DNA of 39,041 nucleotides from a virus (Duplodnaviria; Heunggongvirae; Uroviricota; Caudoviricetes): IMG/VR virus record IMGVR_UViG_2667527592_000008; one strand, 5' to 3'. Shown piece by piece: positions 26,519 to 35,097 of this stretch (position 1 is its first letter; each line of letters starts with the position of its first letter). The notes under the pieces were generated by a model. It saw only the letters and a program-made list of their open reading frames with translations, ran no database searches and was not told where the DNA came from. The position numbers and the translations under genes were made by a program.

Positions 26519-27148
26519 TTACTCACCTCCTTTGATGCGAATGCCAGCGGCGCGTGGCACATTAACTTCCACGATTCGTACTGTTGGTTTGTACATCTCA
26601 ATCGCTGTCAGCCAGTCAGCTCCTGTCATGCGCTTTTCCGCATCGCCATTAGTCCACTGAACTGGTACACCAATAGCCTTCATCGCGATTTCTATTTCCC
26701 CGGCAATGGCGCTTTTTCCGCAACCAGTAAAACCAGAAACAACGACAAGAACTTCGCCTTTGGCTGGTTTTATTTCCCGTGCTTCCAGTTCTGCTATGCG
26801 CTTCTCTGCGGCTTCCAGCTTGGCTTCTGCATCTTTGGCTCGCATCTGCCAGTTGATAGCGATGTCGATAACGCTGTTAGCACAACTGGACTCATTCTCT
26901 TCGGCAGCTTTAGCTTCAGAAAGCTCATCAAGCAGTCCAAGAACAACAGTTGGCGTGGCGAGCGTGATAAAACGCATATTGCTCATATGCTCTTCATCGC
27001 TAACATCATCGCCAGCCTCGACCGCTGCCATGTGCTGAACATAGCCGCTATCACAGGTATTCCAGATTGCCCCTGCCTCGTGCCCCCATTCACCATGTAG
27101 CGCTTTTTCTGCCGCCTCACGCAGTGCCTGATAGTTAATTTTGCTCAC
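26519..27148 (-). CDS. Ea22-like protein with coiled coil and C-terminal P-loop-like motif
   Basis: N-terminus (M)SKINYQALREAAEKALHGEW resembles lambdoid Ea22-like proteins; central coiled coil; C-terminal VVSGFTGCGKS fits the Walker A pattern. Start taken at GTG with AGGAGG six nucleotides upstream rather than the ATG at 27166. Confidence 0.55.
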   Translation of the reverse strand: MSKINYQALREAAEKALHGEWGHEAGAIWNTCDSGYVQHMAAVEAGDDVSDEEHMSNMRFITLATPTVVLGLLDELSEAKAAEENESSCANSVIDIAINWQMRAKDAEAKLEAAEKRIAELEAREIKPAKGEVLVVVSGFTGCGKSAIAGEIEIAMKAIGVPVQWTNGDAEKRMTGADWLTAIEMYKPTVRIVEVNVPRAAGIRIKGGE

Positions 27149-27509
27149 GGGTTGCCTCCTGTTCATTTCCCTTGTTCAGTTTTCGTCTGCATACAGCGCA
27201 ATCATCGGGGCTTTCGAAGCTGTCTGGTTCGCGTTCACCAGAGTACATCCATCTGCGGCAGATACTGGTTACTTCATTCTCGGCAAAATAATGATATTTT
27301 TTCGACCTGGCTGGTCTGCCCCATCCAGCTGTTCTCTCGCTCACATCACGTTTTAATCCCCCCGCGCGGACCTCCTTTAGCTCCAGAAGGGCCAGCCTCA
27401 GAAGCGTCCACCACTCACTGTCTGCAACCGGCTCCATATCAAGCGCTCTGTCAGCATCAGCAATCAGTCTGGTCAGGCTCTTATCGCTTATTCTGGTTTG
27501 CTGGCTCAC
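27135..27509 (-). CDS. Hypothetical early protein with C-terminal cysteine pairs
   Basis: Start taken at GTG preceded by AGGAGG (same initiation cassette as the downstream gene); contains SICRRW and DDCAVCRRK. The ORF track starts at a TTG at 27548. Confidence 0.5.
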   Translation of the reverse strand: MSQQTRISDKSLTRLIADADRALDMEPVADSEWWTLLRLALLELKEVRAGGLKRDVSERTAGWGRPARSKKYHYFAENEVTSICRRWMYSGEREPDSFESPDDCAVCRRKLNKGNEQEATREQN

Positions 27510-27795
27510 TGGTTGCCTCCTGTTCATTTTTTTCATTCCGGTACACAAGAATTACGACATCTCCCCGGGTAATTACGCGTGCGGGGTCGCCCTGTTGCAT
27601 ATGGTCAATATCAAACGCGTCATTAAACGCATTTAGCGCCTTCGCGCGCTTGTCTTTACAACGACGTTTTTCACGCTGCTTAAAGAGCGAAGAAATCAAC
27701 CACCTGAATGACATAAAAGTGATATAGCCATAACCGATAAGCGCCAGACCTGTATTCATGGCTACATCTATCGTTATCGTTTTATCAATGACCAT
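27481..27795 (-). CDS. Small membrane protein
   Basis: 104 aa with one hydrophobic segment (GLALIGYGYITFMSFRWLISSLF); AACAGGAGGC ribosome-binding site upstream of the ATG. Confidence 0.5.
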   Translation of the reverse strand: MVIDKTITIDVAMNTGLALIGYGYITFMSFRWLISSLFKQREKRRCKDKRAKALNAFNDAFDIDHMQQGDPARVITRGDVVILVYRNEKNEQEATSEPANQNKR

Positions 27796-28015
27796 TGCCA
27801 GCCTCCTGTTTTGCCACTTTAAACGCCCGTAACATCGGGACCGTTTTACCGCTGATGACAGTGTTCATAACAATACCGATTCCACTGTGATGTAACGCTC
27901 CCGGTGCAACAAACAGCGCAGCATCTACAACTCTGAAGTAACGGTGGAACTCCCAGAACCAGCAAGAAATAGTGATAGTTGCGGTGACCCCATGGTCATA
28001 AAATTCAATTTTCAT
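27785..28015 (-). CDS. Hypothetical protein
   Basis: 76 aa ORF overlapping neighbours by a few bases (operon-like packing). Confidence 0.4.
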   Translation of the reverse strand: MKIEFYDHGVTATITISCWFWEFHRYFRVVDAALFVAPGALHHSGIGIVMNTVISGKTVPMLRAFKVAKQEAGNGH

Positions 28016-28239
28016 TTGCAGTTAAACCTTCTCTTATGACGTTCTACGGCAGCCTTCATATTGTTGTGCACGGTTCTTTTAATAATCCGACGTCCCACAC
28101 TGTCATAGAACCGCCACCGGGAAGCCCCCGGATATCCGGGGAACTCAACCACCGCGCTACCGTCATTCATCCTGTATTCGTGGCGTTCTCCGGGCGGCTG
28201 GTATATTGCTTCGGTAACACTGAGAAGTTTAAAAGCCAT
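28012..28239 (-). CDS. Hypothetical protein
   Basis: 75 aa ORF; start adjacent to the stop of the upstream gene. Confidence 0.45.
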   Translation of the reverse strand: MAFKLLSVTEAIYQPPGERHEYRMNDGSAVVEFPGYPGASRWRFYDSVGRRIIKRTVHNNMKAAVERHKRRFNCK

Positions 28240-28241
28240 CG

Positions 28242-28952
28242 TTACACCCTCCCCAGTGCCAGCGGTCTGTTGCTCTGACCATTAACCCCCTGATGCAGTC
28301 TGGCGTTTTTCCCGGCGATAAAACCGGCAGTAGCGGCAAACTCTGCACCCCGACACGCTTTAGCTGTGCGCATATCCCCGTCGCGCAGCCCCTTAGTGCT
28401 GTGCAGGTTCTTTCTGTAAAGCTCAAGGCGGCTTTTTTCTTCCGGGGAGACGTCATACACCGCAATGACATCACGGGCACCAAAGACCCAGCCTTCGCAG
28501 AACTGGTCGCCACGGGCTACCCGCGTGGACGGACCACAACGTTTGCAGTGTTTATCCTGATATTTCTTGCGCTCTGCCATCATCTGACGGGAAAGCACAT
28601 CAAACGCGTAAGCCGCGATTTCCGGGCGGCTGTCAGAGCCATAAAAACGCACGTGACGTTTGAGTGAACCAGAAGCCCGGTATTCGCCGGATATGTAACA
28701 CTCGACACCGAAGGCTTTACAGACCAGGTCACACAGGATGTGCATATAACGCGGCGGTGTACTGGCATCACTCGGCGCACCCGCGCTGGCAGCTTCCTGA
28801 ATGTCGAACAATTCAGCGTCGTTTTCGCTGATGCCATGCTGGCGCATATAAGCCTGGGCTTTTGCAATAGCGTTAGCGGCTTCTTCCGGGCTTGATGTTC
28901 CTCTGGCAAGGCGTAACAGTTTTTTGATTTTGGCAATGTATTTATCTTTCAT
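28242..28952 (-). CDS. DUF2786-like protein with cysteine-rich C-terminal region
   Basis: 236 aa; N-terminal KIKKLLRLARGTSSPEEAANAIAKAQAYMRQHGI resembles DUF2786; C-terminal part contains HCKRCGPSTRVARGDQFCEGW. Confidence 0.5.
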   Translation of the reverse strand: MKDKYIAKIKKLLRLARGTSSPEEAANAIAKAQAYMRQHGISENDAELFDIQEAASAGAPSDASTPPRYMHILCDLVCKAFGVECYISGEYRASGSLKRHVRFYGSDSRPEIAAYAFDVLSRQMMAERKKYQDKHCKRCGPSTRVARGDQFCEGWVFGARDVIAVYDVSPEEKSRLELYRKNLHSTKGLRDGDMRTAKACRGAEFAATAGFIAGKNARLHQGVNGQSNRPLALGRV

Positions 28953-29230
28953 GGTCGTCTGAACCTCAGCATCCTGAATTCTGAATTACGCAACTTCCGG
29001 CACGGCCTTCAGGAACGTGGGGAGTTCGTTCTGGCTGCGGCGCTGGATGAACATCTGCTGTCGATTGAGAACTGGTCGCAAGACGATTAAAACAAACGAT
29101 TGTCAGATTAATTTCGCGGGCGAATTTTTTTTGCTTAGCGATATTCATAAATAAACTTCCTCAGATTCAGGCGTAAGCCAGCCCCGGCGGGTTTACGCCT
29201 GTTTTAAATAACAATTAAAAACAAATTAAA

Positions 29231-29422
29231 TTAATGCGGTGCTTTCAGTGTTTCGACTTTTACGAAATAAGGCTCGACATTAATTTCAACCACACAACCA
29301 CATTTAAAATCTCTGGCAGGTGAAACGGTTTTCACCACACGACCACCACGCAACGCCGGATGTGCAGTGTGCATGAAGCGAGTCCCTACCGGATACTGCT
29401 TATTAAAGTTCTTCGCATTCAT
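29231..29422 (-). CDS. Hypothetical protein
   Basis: 63 aa ORF overlapping the upstream gene end; last gene of this minus-strand block before an AT-rich gap. Confidence 0.4.
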   Translation of the reverse strand: MNAKNFNKQYPVGTRFMHTAHPALRGGRVVKTVSPARDFKCGCVVEINVEPYFVKVETLKAPH

Positions 29423-29636
29423 GGCGTGGCTTCCATCCTTTCAGGTGAGCATTAGCACAGAACTCGGCCCGGTGTTCCGCCCAGATGCGGCGCAGGGTGC
29501 TACACGGGCTTTGTGCTGCCTTACGCCACAGCTTTTCAGCCTCGGCATAATCGCCGCGTTGTTCTGCTCTGGACGCGCCCAGCGAATACGCCGCGCAACT
29601 ATTTCCGGCTCTGTACTCTTTGATATCCTGATGCAT
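29403..29636 (-). CDS. Small TPR-like protein
   Basis: Start taken at MHQDIKEY, one base after the stop of the upstream gene; contains a single TPR-like motif (GDYAEAEKLWRKAAQ). The ORF track extends to 29726. Confidence 0.45.
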   Translation of the reverse strand: MHQDIKEYRAGNSCAAYSLGASRAEQRGDYAEAEKLWRKAAQSPCSTLRRIWAEHRAEFCANAHLKGWKPRHECEEL

Positions 29637-29637
29637 G

Positions 29638-30282
29638 TTAAACCCCTGCAATATCAAGCGGGATTGCGCGGTATTCAGCAGAATCACCGACGCGCTCATA
29701 CACGCGGATATAGCTTTTGCTGCCAATTACCTGGACGGCTTCACCAATCAGTTTCATGGCGTTATCCCAGCGTTCCTCCGTAATATCGAGACGACGCAGA
29801 GCCAGAACGCGCCCGGTGTTAATGTTGCCTTCCTTGTCCGTGCTGAATGCTTCACTGATGATGGCTTTAATTTCAGGGCGCGCTCCTTCCGTCCAGTCAG
29901 CCAGACAGTCATCAATCAGTGCCTTCGCGGTCTGAATGCGTTCATCAAGCGCGATACGGTCCTGCATGGCGCGCTGAATCTTGTAACGCCCGTCAAAGCT
30001 GTAAAGTGTGATATTCCCTTTTTTACCGCCTTTCACAGCGCCGTATTTCTCCGCCGACAGGTCAATAAATGCCTGAATATCACCAAACGCACGCAGTTTC
30101 AGTTCACGCAGTGAGGCAGAGGCAGCAATCACCATCTCCACAAGCTCACCGACCAGCTGCTCACGGTCGCGGTCAATATCTTTGATAAGACTTTCAGGCG
30201 TCATCACACCACGGGCATCAACCCAGTAGCCTTCCTGCACTTTATTTTTTGTATATTGCTTAACTTTATTTTCAGTCGTCAT
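29638..30282 (-). CDS. Conserved Mu-like early protein (DUF3164-like)
   Basis: 214 aa ORF in the semi-essential early region downstream of the B-like gene; family name recalled from Mu-like prophage annotations, not verified. Confidence 0.45.
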   Translation of the reverse strand: MTTENKVKQYTKNKVQEGYWVDARGVMTPESLIKDIDRDREQLVGELVEMVIAASASLRELKLRAFGDIQAFIDLSAEKYGAVKGGKKGNITLYSFDGRYKIQRAMQDRIALDERIQTAKALIDDCLADWTEGARPEIKAIISEAFSTDKEGNINTGRVLALRRLDITEERWDNAMKLIGEAVQVIGSKSYIRVYERVGDSAEYRAIPLDIAGV

Positions 30283-30311
30283 AATTAAATTACCTCAGTG
30301 ATATTTACAGA

Positions 30312-30527
30312 TTAATGTGTGTTATGTGCGCGAGGCGCAACATTTTCAGAAAAAAGATTCACGCCGTTATAGTCATTTCTGAGCGTTTCCTTGATAGCAT
30401 CATGTAATCTTGTTGCCACCTGAAACTCCTTTTCGGAAGCTCCGTCCTTCGAATAACTCCCCGTGGTCTGGGTTAAAACACAGCCTTTTTCATCGGTATA
30501 GATAATTACTTCTAACTTAACCGCCAT
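30312..30527 (-). CDS. Hypothetical protein
   Basis: 71 aa ORF in the early operon. Confidence 0.4.
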   Translation of the reverse strand: MAVKLEVIIYTDEKGCVLTQTTGSYSKDGASEKEFQVATRLHDAIKETLRNDYNGVNLFSENVAPRAHNTH

Positions 30528-30539
30528 TCTGATTTCCTC

Positions 30540-30779
30540 TTATTGCCATACGACGGTGCAGCCGTCGATACAGGACGTTTTCACCACGCGGCGCAGGCCG
30601 CTGAATGTCTGGATGATTTCCGTTACCGGCCATACAGGGCCGCCCACGGGCGGGCAGGCATAAACCACAGGTAAACGGTGATGTTGCCCAGTTACGCGAC
30701 CGCCGGTGGTGTGGATGGCCACACGGGCACGGGAACGGACGGCGTTAATGGTCTGCTTGTCCATCATCTTGTTCTCCAT
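30540..30779 (-). CDS. Hypothetical protein immediately downstream of the B-like gene (Mu kil position)
   Basis: 79 aa ORF whose start overlaps the B-like stop. Confidence 0.45.
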   Translation of the reverse strand: MENKMMDKQTINAVRSRARVAIHTTGGRVTGQHHRLPVVYACPPVGGPVWPVTEIIQTFSGLRRVVKTSCIDGCTVVWQ

Positions 30780-31672
30780 CAGTGAATTAACATTTCTGCG
30801 AATTTATCAATGGCCTGCACACTGACCGGTGCATCGCTGATATCACAAATCCGGTACACACCGCGAGCCAGTTTGAACAGGCGGCGGGCATTACCCAGTG
30901 AGCGTGCGTAGAGCGCCTCGCTGATTTCCGGTTCTGCTGCTTCCGGCATCAGCCCGGTAGCTATCTGGTTAAAATCTTCCTGCGACAGCGTATCGCCCAG
31001 GTTAAGCGCCAGCGCCACACGGCTGTATAACTGGGCGAACTCACCGCGACGTCCCTTGAGGTTAATCAGAAGGCGTGGCATACCCGCCAGGACAATCCCG
31101 ATACCCGCTTTGTCATGCAGACGGCGCAGAACCTCCAGTGCGCGATAGGGGAGCAGTTCAGCCTCGTCCACCATCAGCAGGCGACCGGAATCACGCAGTT
31201 CTCGCACACATGCATCAATCAGTTCGTGGATATTGCCGCGAACTTTTACCCCCAGCTGGCGGCACAGCTCCTCAAGCAGTGTTCTGGCTGTATAGCCCGG
31301 GTCGGCTTCAATCAGGACCGCATCCCGGTTTCTGGCGGCGTATTCACGCAGAATCATTGTTTTGCCAAGACCTGCCGCGCCATACAGTACGCAGATTTCA
31401 CATTCCAGGTGAGCATAGGCCAACACCTCCAGTCCTTTGGCAGCCATACCGGTGGCAACAAATTTCGCTTTAATACGGCGGCTGTTTTCCTTTTCCCGCT
31501 CACGGGTCACAAAGGCAGAAATGCGTTCTTCAATATCAGCCATATCGCCCTGATATTTACCCTGTAAATACTGGTTGATAACGGCGCTGCTACGACCAAT
31601 AGCACGGGCGACGTGGGTTTGCGTATAGCCGCGACGGGCCATTACGTCATTTAATTGCGTAATTAAACTCAT
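30779..31672 (-). CDS. DNA transposition ATPase (MuB-like, AAA+)
   Basis: 297 aa; N-terminal helix-turn-helix (YTQTHVARAIGRSSAVINQYLQG) and Walker A GAAGLGKT; directly downstream of the transposase gene. Confidence 0.85.
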   Translation of the reverse strand: MSLITQLNDVMARRGYTQTHVARAIGRSSAVINQYLQGKYQGDMADIEERISAFVTREREKENSRRIKAKFVATGMAAKGLEVLAYAHLECEICVLYGAAGLGKTMILREYAARNRDAVLIEADPGYTARTLLEELCRQLGVKVRGNIHELIDACVRELRDSGRLLMVDEAELLPYRALEVLRRLHDKAGIGIVLAGMPRLLINLKGRRGEFAQLYSRVALALNLGDTLSQEDFNQIATGLMPEAAEPEISEALYARSLGNARRLFKLARGVYRICDISDAPVSVQAIDKFAEMLIH

Positions 31673-31690
31673 AATTAAATACCTTTTAAA

Positions 31691-33733
31691 TTAACGGTTG
31701 TTTGTGCCGTTTTTCTTTAAATTGCGTTCGCGTTCAGATGCGAATAAATAAAGTTCTTCTTTTTCCTTTTTCTCCGGGCGTTCCAGTCCATATCCCAGAT
31801 TAAAGTCAGGCTTCTGCGTAATGGCCGGGGTAAGCTCGCGTTTAGCCTCTTCGATTTTCTGCGTGGCCCGTGCAATGCGGCCCTTGACGCGTTTCTCCAG
31901 TTTTTGTTCGATAACTGGTTTAGCGAAGGCATCAACCTTGTTACCGTTCCAGATGGCATCGCAGATATAAGAGCCATCAGCCCGCCGGACAATGACGCTG
32001 TTTGCATCATGAATATCGTAACTGACCCTGACTTCATTCCCGTGCTCTGCGGCCAGATCATATGAGTAATAAATATTGTTGAATAACTGAATTTCCCCGC
32101 GAAATGTTTTGCGCGTCACTTCCGGCCTGAACATTTCATGCAGTTCTTCCGGCGACAGGAAATCAATTTCAACATTCTGCTCTTTTATCAGTTTCCGGCG
32201 ATACGCTGCCGGGCTGTAATGCTCGCCATCCTCTTTGCGAGGAAGGCTGCTGTGTGGCCGGTTGTTATAGCGTCTGACCTCCAGCTCTATGGCTGCCATC
32301 AGTTGCTCAAAGGTAGGGATTTCATCCCTCGCCTTAACCTGCCGTTTTGTCAGCTCTTTCCCTTTGTGGGTGGCCTTAATGGCTGACTGCATAATCCGTT
32401 GCTGCATCATTACGGTTTCCTTGTCTGCATCCCTTGCGCAGTACGTTTGGAAACTCAGGGCCACGTCTTTGGGTATTTCCTTGTTAACCCTTTCAATCAC
32501 CCCGCGCCCCTGCGGGTTACCTGGTATCCCCGTGTGATGTTCCACACCCAGACGGGGCAGAATCCCGGTAATATCGGCATCAAGCACCAGGTTTTTTTCG
32601 CCGCCCCCGTTATCGGAGTAATAAATCAGCGGTATCCCGTGCTGTGCCATGCCGTAACGTAACGCATCAGCAACGGCTATCACGTTCTCCGACAGGGACA
32701 GTGACCAGCCCACAATAAAGCGTTGTCCTGCATCCATAACCAGCGTCACTTCTGGCCGGAAAATATTGCCGGTCAGGGGGTTAAACGCGGTCATTTTCAT
32801 ACAGTGACCATCCCCGACCCATACCGCATTAACCGGTAATGATGTCCACTCGCGCCGCACAAAGGGATTGAGCGAACGCCAGGCTGAACCTGTGGAGCGG
32901 AAACGCTCTTTAACAATCACCGGGACGCTGCTTAACACCCGTCTTACTGCGTGAACTGAAGGCAGTGCCGCCAGCATTCCCGCATCGTTCGCGTGTTTTT
33001 CATGCCACCAGGCTGAAAACTCGCGATACGCATATTCAACGGTCGGGCGCTTCCATGAGCGATAGAACATAAAGAAATCGCTCAACCACCAGACCTGCTC
33101 CCACGGTGTTCCCTTATGATGACCGGGAGCCAGTAACGCCAGTAACTGATTGGCATCACCGCGCGCCATCACCCAGCTGGAGTACCAACTATCCAGGCTG
33201 CCTGTGCTGACACCGGTTCGCTTTCCCTGACGTGCATTTGCAGTATTAGCTGCTTCGATAATGCGGTCAGGTAACGCCCCCATGCGCACACCATCAACGA
33301 TGTGCTTTAACGCGGCCTTCCTTGTCATTCCGGCGTATTCACGCAGTTTATGCACTTCAGTAGCCAGCAATATCCGCGCATCAGCGATGGCCTTTTGCTT
33401 GTCAGTCAGTGCCTGGACTTCGCGTAATGCCAGTTCCGGGCATTTGACCATCACCTCCAGTTCATCGCGAACGGCGACGTTTTTAACTGCCTTCTGCTCA
33501 ACCACGGCGGGCAGTTGCGTATCTTCCAGGACCTGATGGGTCAGGCGCTTACGTAAAACTTTCTGCGCTTCAGCGGGCAGGCAGTCGATGTGATACTCGA
33601 ATGCTTTGGTGCCTTCACGCTTGCGCTTCCATTCCGGGTGCGTCTCTGTGATCCGATTGAGCGTCCAGCGCACCCCCTGAACTGTACCGGGCAAACCAGG
33701 AAGACCGGCCAGCTCATTGGCTGAATAAAACAT
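31691..33733 (-). CDS. DDE transposase (MuA-like)
   Basis: 680 aa; N-terminus ANELAGLPGLPGTVQGVRW...GTKAFEYHIDCLPAEAQ parallels the MuA end-binding domain (LPGLPKT...KAIEY..SLPVEA). ATG overlaps the Ner-like stop (TAATG). Confidence 0.9.
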   Translation of the reverse strand: MFYSANELAGLPGLPGTVQGVRWTLNRITETHPEWKRKREGTKAFEYHIDCLPAEAQKVLRKRLTHQVLEDTQLPAVVEQKAVKNVAVRDELEVMVKCPELALREVQALTDKQKAIADARILLATEVHKLREYAGMTRKAALKHIVDGVRMGALPDRIIEAANTANARQGKRTGVSTGSLDSWYSSWVMARGDANQLLALLAPGHHKGTPWEQVWWLSDFFMFYRSWKRPTVEYAYREFSAWWHEKHANDAGMLAALPSVHAVRRVLSSVPVIVKERFRSTGSAWRSLNPFVRREWTSLPVNAVWVGDGHCMKMTAFNPLTGNIFRPEVTLVMDAGQRFIVGWSLSLSENVIAVADALRYGMAQHGIPLIYYSDNGGGEKNLVLDADITGILPRLGVEHHTGIPGNPQGRGVIERVNKEIPKDVALSFQTYCARDADKETVMMQQRIMQSAIKATHKGKELTKRQVKARDEIPTFEQLMAAIELEVRRYNNRPHSSLPRKEDGEHYSPAAYRRKLIKEQNVEIDFLSPEELHEMFRPEVTRKTFRGEIQLFNNIYYSYDLAAEHGNEVRVSYDIHDANSVIVRRADGSYICDAIWNGNKVDAFAKPVIEQKLEKRVKGRIARATQKIEEAKRELTPAITQKPDFNLGYGLERPEKKEKEELYLFASERERNLKKNGTNNR

Positions 33734-33969
33734 TACGCCGCCTTACTGGCATACCGGCTTGGCCAGATCTCCGCAGGTTCCACACCAATAGCATCGGCTA
33801 TGATGCGTTCATATTTAGGGCATGAGCGATACAGTGCATTTTTTAAAGAGTCTTTTTTTAGACCAGCGCGTTCAGAAAGTTCACGCAATGTAAAACCTTT
33901 GGTGTGCACAGCGGCAACGATGTACTCGCGGTGCCAGTCTTTGTTCATTACTTCATTTCTAACCATCAT
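33733..33969 (-). CDS. Ner-like DNA-binding regulator
   Basis: 78 aa from MMVRNEVMNKDWHREYIVAAVHTKGFTLRELSERAGL... (Ner/Nlp-type helix-turn-helix), first gene of the early operon. The ORF track extends upstream to 34212. Confidence 0.8.
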   Translation of the reverse strand: MMVRNEVMNKDWHREYIVAAVHTKGFTLRELSERAGLKKDSLKNALYRSCPKYERIIADAIGVEPAEIWPSRYASKAA

Positions 33970-34137
33970 TAGGTTACCCTTAAAAGTTATCCGTGCGGAT
34001 AACACCGCCGTGTTATCCCTTCGGATATAAGTATTGATCCACAAATAGAAAATTACAAGCTTTCTTTTCTTGCTTTGGTGAAAAGAAAGTCTTTTTGTAG
34101 AAATATGTTGTAAATCAATAGATTGCGAGGAAAGAAA
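33970..34137. promoter_or_regulatory. Divergent early/repressor control region with two TTATC-N6-GATAA-type operator palindromes
   Basis: GTTATCCGTGCGGATAAC (33986..34003) and TTATCCCTTCGGATATA (34013..34029) lie between the divergent Ner-like and repressor genes in an AT-rich stretch. Confidence 0.55.
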
Positions 34138-34785
34138 GTGAGTAAACAAACCGCCGATGATTTTTCCTTTTCTCAGAATAGAAAAGAAAGCATTCAGGAC
34201 AGAATCAAGCAACTGGTTGGCACTAGGAGTCTGCGTAAAGCCACCTCAGACTGGGGGTTGCCGTACTCGACCATAAATAACTACTTTGAGAAAGGCACCA
34301 CTCCCGGCCTAAATGTGGTCGCTACGATAGCAAAATTAGAGAATGTATCACTGGAATGGCTGGTCTACGGTGAGAGCGATCGTGATCCAATAATAGAAAA
34401 AAAGGTGCCTACAGAAGACGTTAACCGCCCAAACACAAGTATTGTCGATGAAATACTAAGGCGAGCTACTCCAGAAGATAGAGAGCGTCTTATTGATATG
34501 CTGTGTTGTATTGGCATCAAAGGAGTCCTGGAACGCCTACAGCAACCCACCAGGCAAACCAAGCAAGCCGATAGCGAACTTGAGGAACAAAGGAAGGCCA
34601 TTCAAAGCCTGAACATCAGGCAATCGCTTAAAGACGTTGTTTGCATGGCATTAGCTGGCGATGAGGAAAATGACAAAGAGATTTTGCGCCGCGCCAAAGC
34701 TATTTTCTGTGCTGGAACACCAGGTGATCGCGTTCCCGTCACACCGGAGCAAGAAACTAAGCCTGTAAACAAGAAATCAGCATAA
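34138..34785 (+). CDS. Prophage repressor (Mu c-like position)
   Basis: About 215 aa from the GTG preceded by GAGGAAAG; transcribed divergently from the Ner-like gene toward the phage end, as Mu c is. The ORF track starts at a TTG at 34123. Confidence 0.65.
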   Translation: MSKQTADDFSFSQNRKESIQDRIKQLVGTRSLRKATSDWGLPYSTINNYFEKGTTPGLNVVATIAKLENVSLEWLVYGESDRDPIIEKKVPTEDVNRPNTSIVDEILRRATPEDRERLIDMLCCIGIKGVLERLQQPTRQTKQADSELEEQRKAIQSLNIRQSLKDVVCMALAGDEENDKEILRRAKAIFCAGTPGDRVPVTPEQETKPVNKKSA

Positions 34786-34939
34786 GCGCCTCGTTTTGGC
34801 GGGGCGTGTGCTGTTAGCTAATCAGCAATAACCACAACAAAACCGAACACACAGATGAGAACAAATTGAGGAAAACGGGTAAGGATAAAACACTTTTTTA
34901 AAAGCATTTAAAACCCGTTAAGTTTGTAGCAGAACCAGA

Positions 34940-35097
34940 TCAAAAGCGCCCAGAAAAAAGCGCAAAAAAAAGCGTTTTTGGTCATTTCTCACAAATCCGC
35001 CCAGAATCACACTAAATCACCACACCCCGCGCCACACAAGGCTTGCTGGTTCTACCAGGCTGCACTAACTCCGCCCAGAATTGATCACTACCCCACA
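34940..35097. repeat. Prophage left-end region with three direct repeats of a CCGCCCAGAA-type motif (candidate transposase-binding sites)
   Basis: GCGCCCAGAAAAAAG (34946), CCGCCCAGAATCACAC (34997) and CCGCCCAGAATTGATCAC (35071); the last is followed by CCCCACA ending near 35097, consistent with a 5'-TG...CA-3' transposable-phage terminus. Confidence 0.45.

Larger units (their letters stand above)
1..35097 (-). mobile_element. Mu-like transposable prophage (partial; right end and invertase outside window)
   Basis: Minus-strand gene order repressor/ner/transposase/B/accessory genes/GemA/Mor/lysis/terminase/portal/F/G/protease/capsid/sheath/tube/tape measure/N/P/baseplate/fibre follows phage Mu synteny. 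Left boundary inferred near 35097, where SPATE-like coding sequence begins after three TCTGGGCGG-type repeats. Confidence 0.85.

Noticed and set aside
26447-27100. 217 aa plus-strand ORF
   Set aside because: Antisense to the Ea22-like gene; translation is Phe/Cys-rich and implausible; the minus-strand gene has a ribosome-binding site and operon context.
27135-27548. ORF-track start (TTG at 27548, MCTGMKKMNRR...) for the early gene
   Set aside because: An in-frame GTG with a perfect AGGAGG six nucleotides upstream is a far better initiation site, and the same cassette recurs at the next gene.
34978-35097. N-terminal 40 codons of the long ORF containing the SPATE fragment (MVISHKSAQNHTKSPHPAPH...)
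   Set aside because: This stretch is prophage-end DNA with the CCGCCCAGAA repeats, has no signal peptide, and does not look like SPATE sequence; the frame is open here by chance.
1-35097. Classification of the prophage as P2-like or lambdoid
   Set aside because: A DDE transposase with a MuA-like N-terminus, a B-type ATPase, Ner, GemA and Mor homologues and Mu head/tail synteny are present; no integrase, cos-type packaging or P2 ogr/Q-type genes were seen inside the prophage.
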